A DNA stretch of 64,000 nucleotides from an uncultured Myxococcia bacterium (lineage in GTDB: Bacteria; Myxococcota_A; UBA9042; PHBI01), in assembly GCA_942493285.1 (NCBI GenBank), contig OW818691.1, forward strand, positions 8,030,532 through 8,094,531, in the 5' to 3' direction. Numbering within the stretch: position 1 is the first letter of the stretch; each line of letters opens with the position of its first letter. Under the pieces are notes generated by a model. That model worked only from the letters and a program-made list of their open reading frames with translations. It was not told where the DNA came from and searched no databases. The position numbers and the translations under genes are program-made. Of the stretch, positions 28,201-37,105 are shown piece by piece.

Positions 28201-30852
28201 GAGAAAGCGGTGCCGCCCGAACTTGATGATGTCGGCGCCGTCTTCGAACAGCTCGAGCTTGTCGCGCAACCCGCGCAACCCGTCTTGTTTCGCGGCCTTG
28301 AGGCGCGAGCCGACCTCGTCGCTCTTCACCGAGTCGCCGAGCTCCAACAGCTGGTCGGCCAGCTGCCGCAGCTTTTGCACCATCGCATCGGCCGCGAAGT
28401 ACGCGTTGAGCTCGTCCTCGCTCTTGAAGGTCCGCGACCGCCTCACGACCCCTTCGATGATCCGTTTGCTCGCCTCGACGAGGTTGGCGACCTTCTTCTG
28501 CTTCTGGTCGAGTAGCGCCTGCTTCTTCGCCGCGAAGGCCTCGTAGACCTCCTCACGTTTCCCCTGCAGGTCTCTGACGAAGACCTCGTGCTCCGAGAAG
28601 CGCCCCTCGAGCTCTTCGAGCTGTACCATGAGGCGCGACAGCCCGGTGTCACACGCCTCGGGTGTCTCGCTCATCGCGAGAGCGGTGCCTGTAGCCTGCC
28701 CGAAGAGCCGGAACTGCGCTGCGAACTCGGCCTTGTCCTCCGCCTGCCCGAGCTCGCTCTTGCGGTTGTTGATCTCGGCCCGCACCCGGTTCATGTGCCC
28801 GAAGGTCTCGGACAACCCTTCGAGGATTTGTGTCCGCACGGTCGGGTCGTCCACCTGCAGGGTCGAGATGGTCTCGCTCAACACCTCCAGACCACGCGCC
28901 AGGTCTTCGATGCCCTTGCGGGTCGGCTCGAGGTCGCTGACCTTCTTGGCCTTCACCCCGACCCCGAGGATCTCATCGAGCTTCTTGCCGAACGGCGCCA
29001 ATGCGTCGTTCTTCGACAAGAAGACAACAGCCGCCTTCGACACCGCGTCGAACAGCTCGCTTGTCTTCTTCTCGAGCCCGTCGATGGCTTTCAGGTCGAT
29101 GTAGCGCACCTCGCGCAACGAGATGAGATGACCCCGCTGTGACCGCAGCGCGCTCATCCCCAGCATAAACCTGTCGATGTCCTTCCAGTGCTGATAGTCG
29201 GTCTTCTTCTCGAGGTCCGCCTGGCTCGCCTGCGCCTCCTTCAACGCGGCTTCCGCACGCGACTTGTGCGCCAGGACCTTTTCGAACTCGTCGATGATCT
29301 GCTCGACGTTCTGGCGGATCTGCACCAGCACGCTCGCCAGGTCCTCACACTCCTCGCGGCCAAGCCAATGGAAGCTGTCCACCATCCGCGTCTGGTGGCT
29401 GACGATGTCCTCGAAGCGTTCACGCGACGGCTCTGGGTGCCGCACCCGCGCGACCAGAGCAAAGCTCTCCGAGATCCCACGCACCAGGTCCGCGTTGCCG
29501 ACCTTGCTCAGAAAGCTCCCGTCCCCCTTCTGGCTCGCCGCAAACTCGGGCGAACAGAACGGGGTCCTCCACACCTGCACCGGGTGCACCCGCACCGCCT
29601 CGTGGCCGACGTGCCGCAAGACAACCATGCGCCCATCGGGAAACAAGCTGTACCCGTCACACGCGATGGGGTTCTGCACCTCGCGCCGAATCAGGTTGTA
29701 CGGAAACAGCAGATAGTCGCCCGTGCCACGATGGTGAAAGACGTAGAGCACGTCCTCGCCGTTGGGGGCCGAGATCTGGCGCTTGAACTCGAGGTCGCTG
29801 ACGTCGAGCTCGAAGAGCTTGTACTCGCCCGTTTGCAAGTAGTAGCCGCCAGGAAACAAAATCCCCTGGTCCTCGGGCAGCGCCACACACGCCTGTCCGA
29901 TGGCGTCGATCCGCACCACCGACTTCGCCCGCGTATTGTAGACGAGGTGCCGATAGGCGGTCTCCCGAAATGGTTTGATTCTCAAGAGAATCAGCGTCCC
30001 CACCTCGGCCCAGCTCAGCTCCATGTCGTCGAGCGACTGGTTCTTGTCCTCGACCGGCTCCGCGTAGATCCCGCGCCCCGACTCGGTATTGTCCTCGACC
30101 TTGATGGTGAGGTCGCCGCCCAACGTCTCGACGAAGACCTTGTCGCGCACCGAGATGTGCGGGAAGCGCCCACGACGCTGGTCTTCACGCACCGACCGCG
30201 TCCACGCGAATGAGTGCGAGCTCGGATAGACGTGGTCGCGTTCCCCTCGATTGTCGAGATAAGTCGCGAGTCCATCCGGGGTCAGTTGCCAGCGCAGGAC
30301 CTTGATGTCGCGATAGGTCGCGCCCACCTGGAAGACCGCCAACAGCTTGTCGGTCTTACGCAACTGGATGAGGCGTGTGTCCTTGTAGTACTTGCGCAGC
30401 TCATCGAATTCACGCTGGAAGTTCGCTCCCGAAAACAGCCCGGCGTTGACCTCGTTCGGGTTCACCTCCGAGAAGTCGAAGCCTCCGACCTGGCCTTCCG
30501 ACGCCTCGACTTCCGCGAAGCGGTGCATCGTGAAGACGTCGCTCAGCGTGAACTCGGTCCTCAGCCCCAGATAGACCGTGTAGCCGACGAGCAGGTGGTC
30601 GCCGAGCGCCACGACATCGGCCGGGATGCAGTTGTTCTCGGTGCGGATCCGCTCGTTGCCGATGACCTGCAGCTCGGTCCCACCGAAGGTCGCCTTACGC
30701 CGCTCGTTGAGGCGCCCGGCGCGATTCGACAGCTCGTCAGCGAGCCCATCGAGCCGCCGCTTGAGGACCTCATAGTTGCCGGTCGCCAGCGCCGAGTCGA
30801 CCTCGGTCTTCGCTGTCTTGCCGGTGCTGCCGGTGCTGGGAGGAGTCGCCAT
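25261..30852 (-). CDS. Giant (1863 aa) multidomain protein with a MoxR/AAA_5-type ATPase domain, long coiled-coil regions and a Gly-Ala dipeptide repeat; function unknown
   Basis: Walker A SPPGYGKTTLMEYVA, Walker B MLLVDDIQ, and sensor-1/AAA_5 signature VVMAGNPYTEGGEAFKIPDMLANRA (compare atqNP..g...Lp.AL.DRF). The large N-terminal region (about 520 aa) and C-terminal region are unrecognised. A (GA)n/(GVGAGA)n tract precedes the C-terminus. It lies 4 bp downstream of the flotillin gene on the same strand. Confidence 0.75.
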   Translation of the reverse strand: MATPPSTGSTGKTAKTEVDSALATGNYEVLKRRLDGLADELSNRAGRLNERRKATFGGTELQVIGNERIRTENNCIPADVVALGDHLLVGYTVYLGLRTEFTLSDVFTMHRFAEVEASEGQVGGFDFSEVNPNEVNAGLFSGANFQREFDELRKYYKDTRLIQLRKTDKLLAVFQVGATYRDIKVLRWQLTPDGLATYLDNRGERDHVYPSSHSFAWTRSVREDQRRGRFPHISVRDKVFVETLGGDLTIKVEDNTESGRGIYAEPVEDKNQSLDDMELSWAEVGTLILLRIKPFRETAYRHLVYNTRAKSVVRIDAIGQACVALPEDQGILFPGGYYLQTGEYKLFELDVSDLEFKRQISAPNGEDVLYVFHHRGTGDYLLFPYNLIRREVQNPIACDGYSLFPDGRMVVLRHVGHEAVRVHPVQVWRTPFCSPEFAASQKGDGSFLSKVGNADLVRGISESFALVARVRHPEPSRERFEDIVSHQTRMVDSFHWLGREECEDLASVLVQIRQNVEQIIDEFEKVLAHKSRAEAALKEAQASQADLEKKTDYQHWKDIDRFMLGMSALRSQRGHLISLREVRYIDLKAIDGLEKKTSELFDAVSKAAVVFLSKNDALAPFGKKLDEILGVGVKAKKVSDLEPTRKGIEDLARGLEVLSETISTLQVDDPTVRTQILEGLSETFGHMNRVRAEINNRKSELGQAEDKAEFAAQFRLFGQATGTALAMSETPEACDTGLSRLMVQLEELEGRFSEHEVFVRDLQGKREEVYEAFAAKKQALLDQKQKKVANLVEASKRIIEGVVRRSRTFKSEDELNAYFAADAMVQKLRQLADQLLELGDSVKSDEVGSRLKAAKQDGLRGLRDKLELFEDGADIIKFGRHRFLVNTQSFEMTVVPRDGGLALHLTGTDYYEAVDDPVVVESRALWDQTLVSETSEVYRAEFLAASIFLDAELGVPKAPTMAELLAAERGEGKTLLELVRGVANERYSEGYERGLHDADATKILAVLIDMMKTAGRLRFSADSRALAALWWHHQGETAAAKFAQRRAVSLAHLGASRATGASSALATGGATLAAEIAAKVGEWCREIGISALAVQAVVDEATRFLVVELGREPVYFTTTGESDQLVDKVRRENPRLDDELRALDGDVAGRLALAKSWVDAVAAIEPERFGPYRFEAAVVCVTPGLSRETSQARVRGSVDGLLGQHGRVVERKLEVRLDELLSRISSYRAYHVPRYRAFRDLLTGLIERRKRELRIHEVKPQILSSFVRNQLLNEVYLPLIGANLAKQIGAAGDAKRTDLMGLLLLISPPGYGKTTLMEYVASRLGMVFVKVNGPALGHDVRSLDPQEAPNATARQEIERLNFALEMGNNVMLLVDDIQHTHPEFLQKFISLCDGQRKIEGVWRGRTKTYDMRGRKFCVVMAGNPYTEGGEAFKIPDMLANRADIYNLGDILDGKKEAFALSYLENSLTANSVLAPLAARDAGDILKLIRMAKGEQVATTDLSHGYSAAELSEILSIFKLLIRCQEVLLAVNLQYIASAATADAYRTEPPFKLQGSYRNMNKLAEKVVAALTPDELERLLDGHYQGEAQTLTTGAEANILKLKELRGTLKGAEKERWEAIKGEYVRRNQLGGKEDDPATRVTGQLSLMGRELGSIRGALVEAAQKVVAAQEAQAERVDRARAEAGVGAGAGVGAGAGVGAGAGAGVGAGAGAGVGVGAADETGQRMAEAVSELGKAIASLREALRRPLTVSGGVAPSGAAPVGTAAKAAAVATPPAVPQPMVRVPDVKVEVAAPDLSAFFAHQNEVLRDALIPVARAATKNLDETTALTRELLALLGGVGGATVKPSEEPPTERARVRRPKDPG
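25700..25815 (-). repeat. Hexa/dodecanucleotide tandem repeat encoding a (G-A/G-V-G-A) tract within the giant ATPase gene
   Basis: gcgcccacgcc(c/a)gcgcctgcgcccgcgcccacgcc periodicity on the plus strand. Confidence 0.75.
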
Positions 30853-30856
30853 GGAC

Positions 30857-33154
30857 TCAATCGCCGAGCTTGAGCTCTTCGATACCGAGCGCCTTCAGGT
30901 CGGCGACGATCTTGTCGAGCTTCTTCTTCGTCGTGGAATCGGCCCCACTCGCGAGCTTCGCCATGAGCGCCGCGATGGACACATCTTTCAACGTCTCGGT
31001 CGTGATGGCCGGCCGCGACAGGACCTCCTTCACGTCGTTCGCCAGAGAAGCTTGACCTTCGAGATAATCCTTGGCGACCGCCTTGACCGTCTTGCTGTTG
31101 TCGACCACCCCGTCGATGGTGCGGCCGACCGTGACCGCCTTGATGAAGCGGTCGAAGAACTGCCCGTCGCCACCCACGATCTGGATGTTCGCTGCCCCGA
31201 AAGCCTCGGCCAGGACCTTGGCCTGCGACTCCGCGATGTGCTGCTGGACACGAATGGTCTCGAGCTCGACGGCCTTGTCCTTGTCGAGCCGCAGCCGGAA
31301 CTCCTCGTGTTCACGACCGACCCCGTCGAGCGCCTTCATCGCCGCGCCCTTCTCGGCGATGCCCGCCGCCTCCGCCAGGAGCTTCTGCTTGATGCCCTCG
31401 GCCTCGGCCAACCCACGCCGCTCGATGGCGCCCGCGTCGGCGAGCTTCACCGCGGCCTCGGCCATGCCCTTCTCCTTCATGCCCTCGGCCTCGGCCAGGC
31501 CCTTGGTGCGGATGCCCTCAGCCTCGGCGACCAGGGTCTCACGTGTTGCCTTGGCCTGCGCCAGCCCCTCGGCCTCGATGCCCTGGGCGGCGGCCATTCG
31601 TTTCTCACGCACGACGTTCGCCTCGGCGAGCCCACGCTTCTCGATGATGGAGGCTTCCGCATCCAACACCTTCACCTTGGCGAGCCCGTGCTTCTCCTCG
31701 CCCTCGGCCCGTACCTTGGCCTTCTCGAGCTCGACCTTGGCCTCTGCCAGCCCGAGCTTCTCGGTGGCGACCGCGTCGGCCTCCTTCACCTTGACCCGCG
31801 CCAACCCTTCGGCCGCCTGCTCGGCCTGCACACCTTCGGCCTTACGGATCTTGGCCGTCGCCTCCTTGTCTGCCACCGTCAGCTCGGCATCCGCCATCGT
31901 CAGCTTCTCACGCGCCGAGAACTTCGCGACCTCCTCGCTCGCCTCGGCGGCCTTGATAGTCTTGACGAGCTTCTCTTGCGCCTCGGCCTCGGCCGCGATG
32001 ACCCGCACGCTCTTGTCGCGCGTGGCACCCGCTTCGGCCTGTACGTCTTTGATACGCTCCTGCTCGACGGCCACGTCCCGGTCGACGACGACACGCATAC
32101 GGATGACGTCGGCGATCTCCTTCTTCTGGATCTCGAGCTCCTTCTCCTTGGCGATCCGCATGAGCTCGACCTCACGCTCACGCGCGATCGACTCGAGGTC
32201 CCGGTCCTTGGTGACCCGTTCGTTCTCGATGGCGACGATACGCTCACGGTTCTTCTGGGCGACCTCGATCTGGCGCTGCTTGTTGGCCTCGGCGACCTGC
32301 ACCTCTTCCTCGGCCTTGATCTGCGCCAGCGCCGAGCGCTTGGCCTCCTCGGCCTGCACGCTCTGAGTCTCGGCCTGCTCACGCGCCTGCATCGTCTGGA
32401 TCTCGCGCTGCTGCTTGGCGCGCGCGTCGGCCTCCTGACGTTGCAGCGCCAGGATCGCCTCCTCGGCCTCGGTGTTCTCTTTGGTGACGGCCTTTCGTTC
32501 GGTCTGCTTGAACTGGTTCGTCTGGATGTTCTGGAAGCTCGTCAGCTCGGTGATCTTCCGAATACCTTGAGCATCAAGGATATTGGCCGGGTCCATGTGT
32601 TCGATGGAGGTCTGCTCGAGGTAGTCGATGGCCGCATCCTGCAGGACATATCCATTGAGGTCGCCGATGACCTCGATGATCTCGTCCTTGAACATGTGCC
32701 GCTTCTCGTACAGCTCCTCGAAGTCCATCCGCTTGCCGACCGTCTTCAACGCCTCGGAGAAACGCGGCAGGAACAAGTCTTCGAGCGTGTGCTGGTCGGA
32801 TGCGCGCCTGACCCCGATGGTCTGCGCGACCTGCAGCACCGCGTCCTTGGTCTTGTTGACCCGCACGTAGAAGCTGACCTTGATGTCCGCGCGGATATTG
32901 TCGCGGCAGATGAGGCCGTCATTCGCGCGCCGCTCGAGCGTGATGGTCTTGAGCGAGATGTCCATGACCTCCGACCGGTGGATGATCGGCAAGACCACAG
33001 CCCCCGTGAAGTAGACGTCCGGCTCGTCGCGCATCCGATTGACGATGAGGGCCTGGCCCTGGTCGACCTTCTTATAGAAGCGCGCCCACATGACGAGGAT
33101 CGCGAAGATGAAGAAGAAGACGATGGCGATGATGATGAGAATCATGGGGTCCAA
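30857..33154 (-). CDS. Flotillin-family SPFH/band-7 protein (FloT/YqiK-like) with a very long Glu/Ala-rich coiled-coil C-terminal region
   Basis: N-terminal TM helix (MDPMILIIIAIVFFFIFAILVMWARF). SPFH core (QALIVNR...VVLPIIHRSEVMDISLKTITLER...). EA-repeat coiled coil (GLAEAEG... repeats) typical of flotillins. Confidence 0.85.
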   Translation of the reverse strand: MDPMILIIIAIVFFFIFAILVMWARFYKKVDQGQALIVNRMRDEPDVYFTGAVVLPIIHRSEVMDISLKTITLERRANDGLICRDNIRADIKVSFYVRVNKTKDAVLQVAQTIGVRRASDQHTLEDLFLPRFSEALKTVGKRMDFEELYEKRHMFKDEIIEVIGDLNGYVLQDAAIDYLEQTSIEHMDPANILDAQGIRKITELTSFQNIQTNQFKQTERKAVTKENTEAEEAILALQRQEADARAKQQREIQTMQAREQAETQSVQAEEAKRSALAQIKAEEEVQVAEANKQRQIEVAQKNRERIVAIENERVTKDRDLESIAREREVELMRIAKEKELEIQKKEIADVIRMRVVVDRDVAVEQERIKDVQAEAGATRDKSVRVIAAEAEAQEKLVKTIKAAEASEEVAKFSAREKLTMADAELTVADKEATAKIRKAEGVQAEQAAEGLARVKVKEADAVATEKLGLAEAKVELEKAKVRAEGEEKHGLAKVKVLDAEASIIEKRGLAEANVVREKRMAAAQGIEAEGLAQAKATRETLVAEAEGIRTKGLAEAEGMKEKGMAEAAVKLADAGAIERRGLAEAEGIKQKLLAEAAGIAEKGAAMKALDGVGREHEEFRLRLDKDKAVELETIRVQQHIAESQAKVLAEAFGAANIQIVGGDGQFFDRFIKAVTVGRTIDGVVDNSKTVKAVAKDYLEGQASLANDVKEVLSRPAITTETLKDVSIAALMAKLASGADSTTKKKLDKIVADLKALGIEELKLGD

Positions 33155-33257
33155 GACGCACCTCGGATTCAGGGTCGGACATCGTTAGCCTCACCCGCCC
33201 CCACGCGCAAGAGCACCCCATCGACAAGCACTCGCCCCGGCTCTACAGTCCCTCGCC

Positions 33258-33974
33258 ATGGACCTCTTCACCGAGCTCATGGCCATGCCGACCGGCATCT
33301 TCACGGTCCTGCTTGGCCTCGTCATCCTCTACTGGGTGCTCTTCCTCATCGGCAGCCTCGACCTCGATGCCCTGGGTGGCGCGGATGGCGCGGCCGAAGG
33401 TGCCCTGGGTGGCGCGGATGGCGCGGCCGAAGGAGCCGCCGAGGGTGCCGCCGAAGGTGCCATGGAAGGCGGCGCCGAGGGCGCGGTCGAAGGCGCCACC
33501 GGCCTCCTCCACGCGCTCAAGCTGCGGTCCGTTCCGGCCACGGTCGCCGTCTCGTTCTTCGTCTTCCTGGGCTGGATCTCGAGCTACCTCGCGCTCAAGC
33601 TGCTCGGCCCCGTTCTGCCCGACATGCTGGCTCAGCTCGTCGTCTTCGTCCTCGCCTTTGCCGGCGGCCTCTTCGGCGCCTCACTCGCCGTGCGCCCGTT
33701 CGCGAAGCTCTTTGTCGACCACAAGGTCACGCGCCTGAAAGACCTCGTCGGCCGTGTCGTGACCATCACCACGGGTCGCGTCGACGAGCGCTTCGGACAG
33801 GCGAGCTGCGACACAAGCGCCAGCCTCATCCTCGAGGTCCGCGCGAAGAAGGGCTCACCCCTCAAACGCGGCGATGCAGGCCTCCTCATCGACTACGACG
33901 AAGAGACCCGCAGCTTTACCGTGGAGCCGGCCGACGCGCTGCTCGTCGAGACCCGCCACCTGTCGTCGAAGTAG
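33258..33974 (+). CDS. NfeD/YqiJ-like membrane protein (N-terminal TM helices, G/A/E-rich linker, C-terminal OB-fold)
   Basis: Hydrophobic N-terminus, an internal 33-bp duplicated repeat encoding LGGADGAAEGA, and a C-terminal beta-barrel segment VGRVVTITTGRVDERFGQASCD...LILEVRAKKG as in NfeD short homologues that partner with flotillins. Divergent from the flotillin gene. Confidence 0.65.
   Translation: MDLFTELMAMPTGIFTVLLGLVILYWVLFLIGSLDLDALGGADGAAEGALGGADGAAEGAAEGAAEGAMEGGAEGAVEGATGLLHALKLRSVPATVAVSFFVFLGWISSYLALKLLGPVLPDMLAQLVVFVLAFAGGLFGASLAVRPFAKLFVDHKVTRLKDLVGRVVTITTGRVDERFGQASCDTSASLILEVRAKKGSPLKRGDAGLLIDYDEETRSFTVEPADALLVETRHLSSK
33370..33440 (+). repeat. 33-bp direct duplication (ctgggtggcgcggatggcgcggccgaaggtgcc) within the NfeD-like gene linker
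   Basis: Two adjacent, nearly identical copies followed by degenerate GAEG-encoding units. Confidence 0.7.
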
Positions 33975-34035
33975 CCACGACGGAAAGGGCATTCAGACCT
34001 GTCTGACCTGCCTGACCTGTCTCTCCTGCTGGAGA

Positions 34036-35391
34036 TCAGGGCCGGTGGTCTTCGATCCAGGCGCGGTAGTCACCACCGTAGCCGACGGCCTCCCAGCGGC
34101 TCGTGACCCAGCTCTTGATGCGAGCGACGACCTCGTCCGAGAGCAGCTCGTGGTCGAGGGCAGACTCGATGGTCGCGGCGATCTCTTCACGCGCTGCCGC
34201 ATGCGCCGCCTCGACCTCCGCGTCGAGCTCCGCGTCACTCGCGGGCGTCCCGTCGGCCAGACCCAGCCGCGCCTCGACCAGCCGCCCCATCACCTTCTTC
34301 GAGTTCTTGCGCGACTCGACGATATTTCCCTTGCCGGTCAGAACGTTACCGAGTCCGTAGACGTCGGATTCGGAGTCGAGCTTGCCCGTCTCCCAGTCCT
34401 TCCACCGGTAGAGCTCGCCCTTCATTGGGACGCCCGGGAGTGCCTCGGGGATGGAACCGATCGAGCTCACGACCAACGGCGTTTCCACGTCCAGCACCTC
34501 GTCGGTCGCGACCAGCTTGCCATCGACAAAGGCATTCTTCTGGAACCGCACACCCGTCAGGTGCAGGCCCGTCGGGTCGGTCAGCGGCGCCAACGGCGAC
34601 GCGAGCGGCACGAACTTCACGAGGTACTTTTCGAGCACCTTCGTCAGCAGCTTCACGCGTGTCTGCTCGAGCTTGGCCATACGTGCGGCGTTGCCCTCGT
34701 CGGACGACACGAGCGGCATGTCCTCGGCGCGTCGCCGGTAGAAAAGCGTCGCCCCCTTGAGGCCGAGCTCCTCGGCGGTGAGCCCATGGTCGGCCAGGAT
34801 CTTCGGCAGCCCCTCGTGCTCCATGTGCTCCGCGTCGACCTCGATCCCCCGCTCACGTAGGGCCCGACCGTAGAGGTCGAAGTTGATGATCTTCACGCAG
34901 TCGATCGACGCGAGCCCGCCACCGATCACGATGGCGCCATCGGGGATCTCATACGAGGCGCCGCGATAGTCACGGTCCGTCTGGTGGTTGAACCAGTAGA
35001 CGAACGGATTCTGGTACACGAGCCCCCGCCCGTTGAACGCGTCGATGGCGGCCGGCTGCGGGCGGTCGCGCCAGGCACCGTTGGCGAGCACGACGGCCGA
35101 CAGGCCGAGCCCCTTCGTAAAGGTATCCCACTCCACATCACGCCCGAGCTTCGTCTTCGGCACGAACATGATGTTCGGATGCGAGAGGTTCTCGTCGATC
35201 TTCGCGTATTCCTTGTTGCGCAACGCCACATGCCAGCGGGGAAGCCCATCTTCGATCTTGCCGTAGGGTCGCTCGTTCTGCTCGAGCACGATGACGAGTG
35301 CGCCGCGTTGGGCGGCGATGACCGCTGCTTCCGAGCCCGAGACGGCTCCGCCGAGGATTCCGATGACGTGGTTGGGCATGGGCTGCTCCAT
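34036..35391 (-). CDS. FAD/NAD(P)-binding oxidoreductase (adrenodoxin-reductase/GltD-like two-Rossmann protein)
   Basis: N-terminal dinucleotide-binding HVIGILGGAVSGSEAAVIAAQRGALVIVLE and a second GG-rich site AIVIGGGLASIDC; 451 aa. Confidence 0.6.
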   Translation of the reverse strand: MEQPMPNHVIGILGGAVSGSEAAVIAAQRGALVIVLEQNERPYGKIEDGLPRWHVALRNKEYAKIDENLSHPNIMFVPKTKLGRDVEWDTFTKGLGLSAVVLANGAWRDRPQPAAIDAFNGRGLVYQNPFVYWFNHQTDRDYRGASYEIPDGAIVIGGGLASIDCVKIINFDLYGRALRERGIEVDAEHMEHEGLPKILADHGLTAEELGLKGATLFYRRRAEDMPLVSSDEGNAARMAKLEQTRVKLLTKVLEKYLVKFVPLASPLAPLTDPTGLHLTGVRFQKNAFVDGKLVATDEVLDVETPLVVSSIGSIPEALPGVPMKGELYRWKDWETGKLDSESDVYGLGNVLTGKGNIVESRKNSKKVMGRLVEARLGLADGTPASDAELDAEVEAAHAAAREEIAATIESALDHELLSDEVVARIKSWVTSRWEAVGYGGDYRAWIEDHRP

Positions 35392-35426
35392 GGGTTACGG
35401 CGCTCCGGCCGTGGGTCGGCCGCGTC

Positions 35427-36449
35427 CTATCGGGTTTGCTCCCAGAAGTGAAGCCATTGCGAAACGACCGCCGCGCGCTCCGGGATACACGCCGGCCCGA
35501 GTCGCCCCAGCATGAGTCCCAACGCCGGGTCATCGATGAGCGAGAGCGCAGCCTCGACCATCGCCGAGGCCTCTTGTGGCACGAACAAGGCCGCGTCGCT
35601 CGCCACCTCACGATGGGCCGGAATGTCCGTCGCAACGGTCGGACAACCGGCCGCGAGCGCCTCCATCAATGCCAGCCCGCAGGTCTCGAGGCGGCTTGGC
35701 GCAAGGTAGACCGCCGCCTGCCGATACAGCTCGGCGAGCTTCTCGGCATCGAGCCAACCGACAAACGCAAAGCGCTCGTGTGCACCCTCGGGCAGGCGTT
35801 CCCGAAACGACTTCAGCCACCGTCGCTCGTACTTCGGGTGGTCCGGAAGGCCGCCCGCGATGACCACACGTATCCCTGGCCTCGCCATGAGCAGGGACGC
35901 GACCACGTCCACCAGCAGGTCGGTGCCTTTCAGCCGATCGAAACGCCCGACGGCGAGCACCATCGGAGAAACTTCAGACGGGTAGGGGGGCCGATCGCCG
36001 CAGAGGGTCGACATCGGCGGCACGAGCGGCAGCGTCACGAGCCTCGACGCAAGGTCGGCCACCTCGGGGTGGTCCTCACACAGCATGTCGCGCGCCGCGG
36101 TGGTCGCCACCGTCAGCCGGTCCGCACGTGTCAAGAGCGCCGTCTGCGCGGTCTCGCTGCGTGTCGACTCCGCGCCTCGCAGCCGATTCTGCCGTCGCTG
36201 CAGCACATGAATCGACTTCACGAGGCGCGGCCCGTCGCCCGTTGCCATGAGCCCCGACGGCTCCTCCCACGCGAGCGCATGATGCAGGTGGACCACGTCG
36301 AGCTCGCTGAGCTCAGCCGCCGTCAGCGTCGACACCAACCGATGCGCCGGGTCGAGCGCCGCGATGTCGGCTGCCGCCGTGCTGACCCCTCCGCGGGCAT
36401 GGGCCCGCACGTTCGCCCGGTAGCTCGGCACCACATGTGCGACCCGCAC
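35427..36449 (-). CDS. Family 4 (GT-B, glycos_transf_1) glycosyltransferase
   Basis: C-terminal GT4 signature ...FVGWLDAEKLAELYRQAAVYLAPSRLETCGLALMEALAAGCPTVATD (EX7E-like). Confidence 0.75.
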   Translation of the reverse strand: MRVAHVVPSYRANVRAHARGGVSTAAADIAALDPAHRLVSTLTAAELSELDVVHLHHALAWEEPSGLMATGDGPRLVKSIHVLQRRQNRLRGAESTRSETAQTALLTRADRLTVATTAARDMLCEDHPEVADLASRLVTLPLVPPMSTLCGDRPPYPSEVSPMVLAVGRFDRLKGTDLLVDVVASLLMARPGIRVVIAGGLPDHPKYERRWLKSFRERLPEGAHERFAFVGWLDAEKLAELYRQAAVYLAPSRLETCGLALMEALAAGCPTVATDIPAHREVASDAALFVPQEASAMVEAALSLIDDPALGLMLGRLGPACIPERAAVVSQWLHFWEQTR

Positions 36450-36455
36450 CGCGAC

Positions 36456-37034
36456 TCAGTGAAGGGCCGGGCGGAGCGGCGTCGTGCTGGCGATCTCCGC
36501 TTCGATGTCGAGCACTTCGTCGAGCCGGGCCTGCACGACTTCGGCCGGAAAGTAGAGTCTCGCCAACCGCAGGTAGTGACCGTGATGGCGTGCCTCGGAG
36601 CGCTCGAGGTCGAGGTAGAATGCCTTGAGCGGGTCGCTCTCCGGCAGCGCCTGCGCGACCAGCGCAAACCGTTCGCAACCTCGGGCCTCGATGATGCTGA
36701 AGACCACGAGCCGGTCGAGCAGGTACTCGTCCACGTCGCGCTTGCGCAACAACGAGAACATCCGCTTCATGTAGGGGTCGGGCGTGTCCCAGCCCAGGGG
36801 CTGGCCGCGTTCCTTGAGGATGACCCACACCGCCCGGAAGTGTTCGAGCTCCTCTTCGGCGATCTCGATCGCCAGGTCGACCAGCTCCGTCCGGGTCGGG
36901 TAGTTCGCCGCCAACATGAGCGCGGACTGGCTGACCTTACGTTCGTTCGCCGCGTGGTCCTGCAGGAATACCTCGAAGTTCGAGAGAACTCCCGTGACCC
37001 ATTCCGGCGGTGTGTCCCAGCGCAGACCCAACAT
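36456..37034 (-). CDS. miaE: tRNA-(ms2io6A37)-hydroxylase MiaE (ferritin-like diiron)
   Basis: About 192 aa. Motifs EELEHFRAV ... FSIIEARGCERFALVA ... YLDLERSEARHHGHYL match the MiaE diiron ExxH ligand pattern and IEARSCERF segment. Confidence 0.75.
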   Translation of the reverse strand: MLGLRWDTPPEWVTGVLSNFEVFLQDHAANERKVSQSALMLAANYPTRTELVDLAIEIAEEELEHFRAVWVILKERGQPLGWDTPDPYMKRMFSLLRKRDVDEYLLDRLVVFSIIEARGCERFALVAQALPESDPLKAFYLDLERSEARHHGHYLRLARLYFPAEVVQARLDEVLDIEAEIASTTPLRPALH

Positions 37035-37105
37035 GCTGGCCCCTTAGCAATCGCCAGCCGGCCCGGCAAGCCCGACGTCACCCCTCGTACCAGCTCGTCA
37101 TCTCG

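Noticed and set aside
30776-34006. 1076-aa plus-strand ORF and the 25081..27129 plus-strand ORF opposite the flotillin and giant ATPase genes
   Set aside because: These are antisense to genes with clear SPFH and AAA+ signatures and give Leu/Arg/Asp-rich low-complexity translations typical of GC-rich antisense frames.
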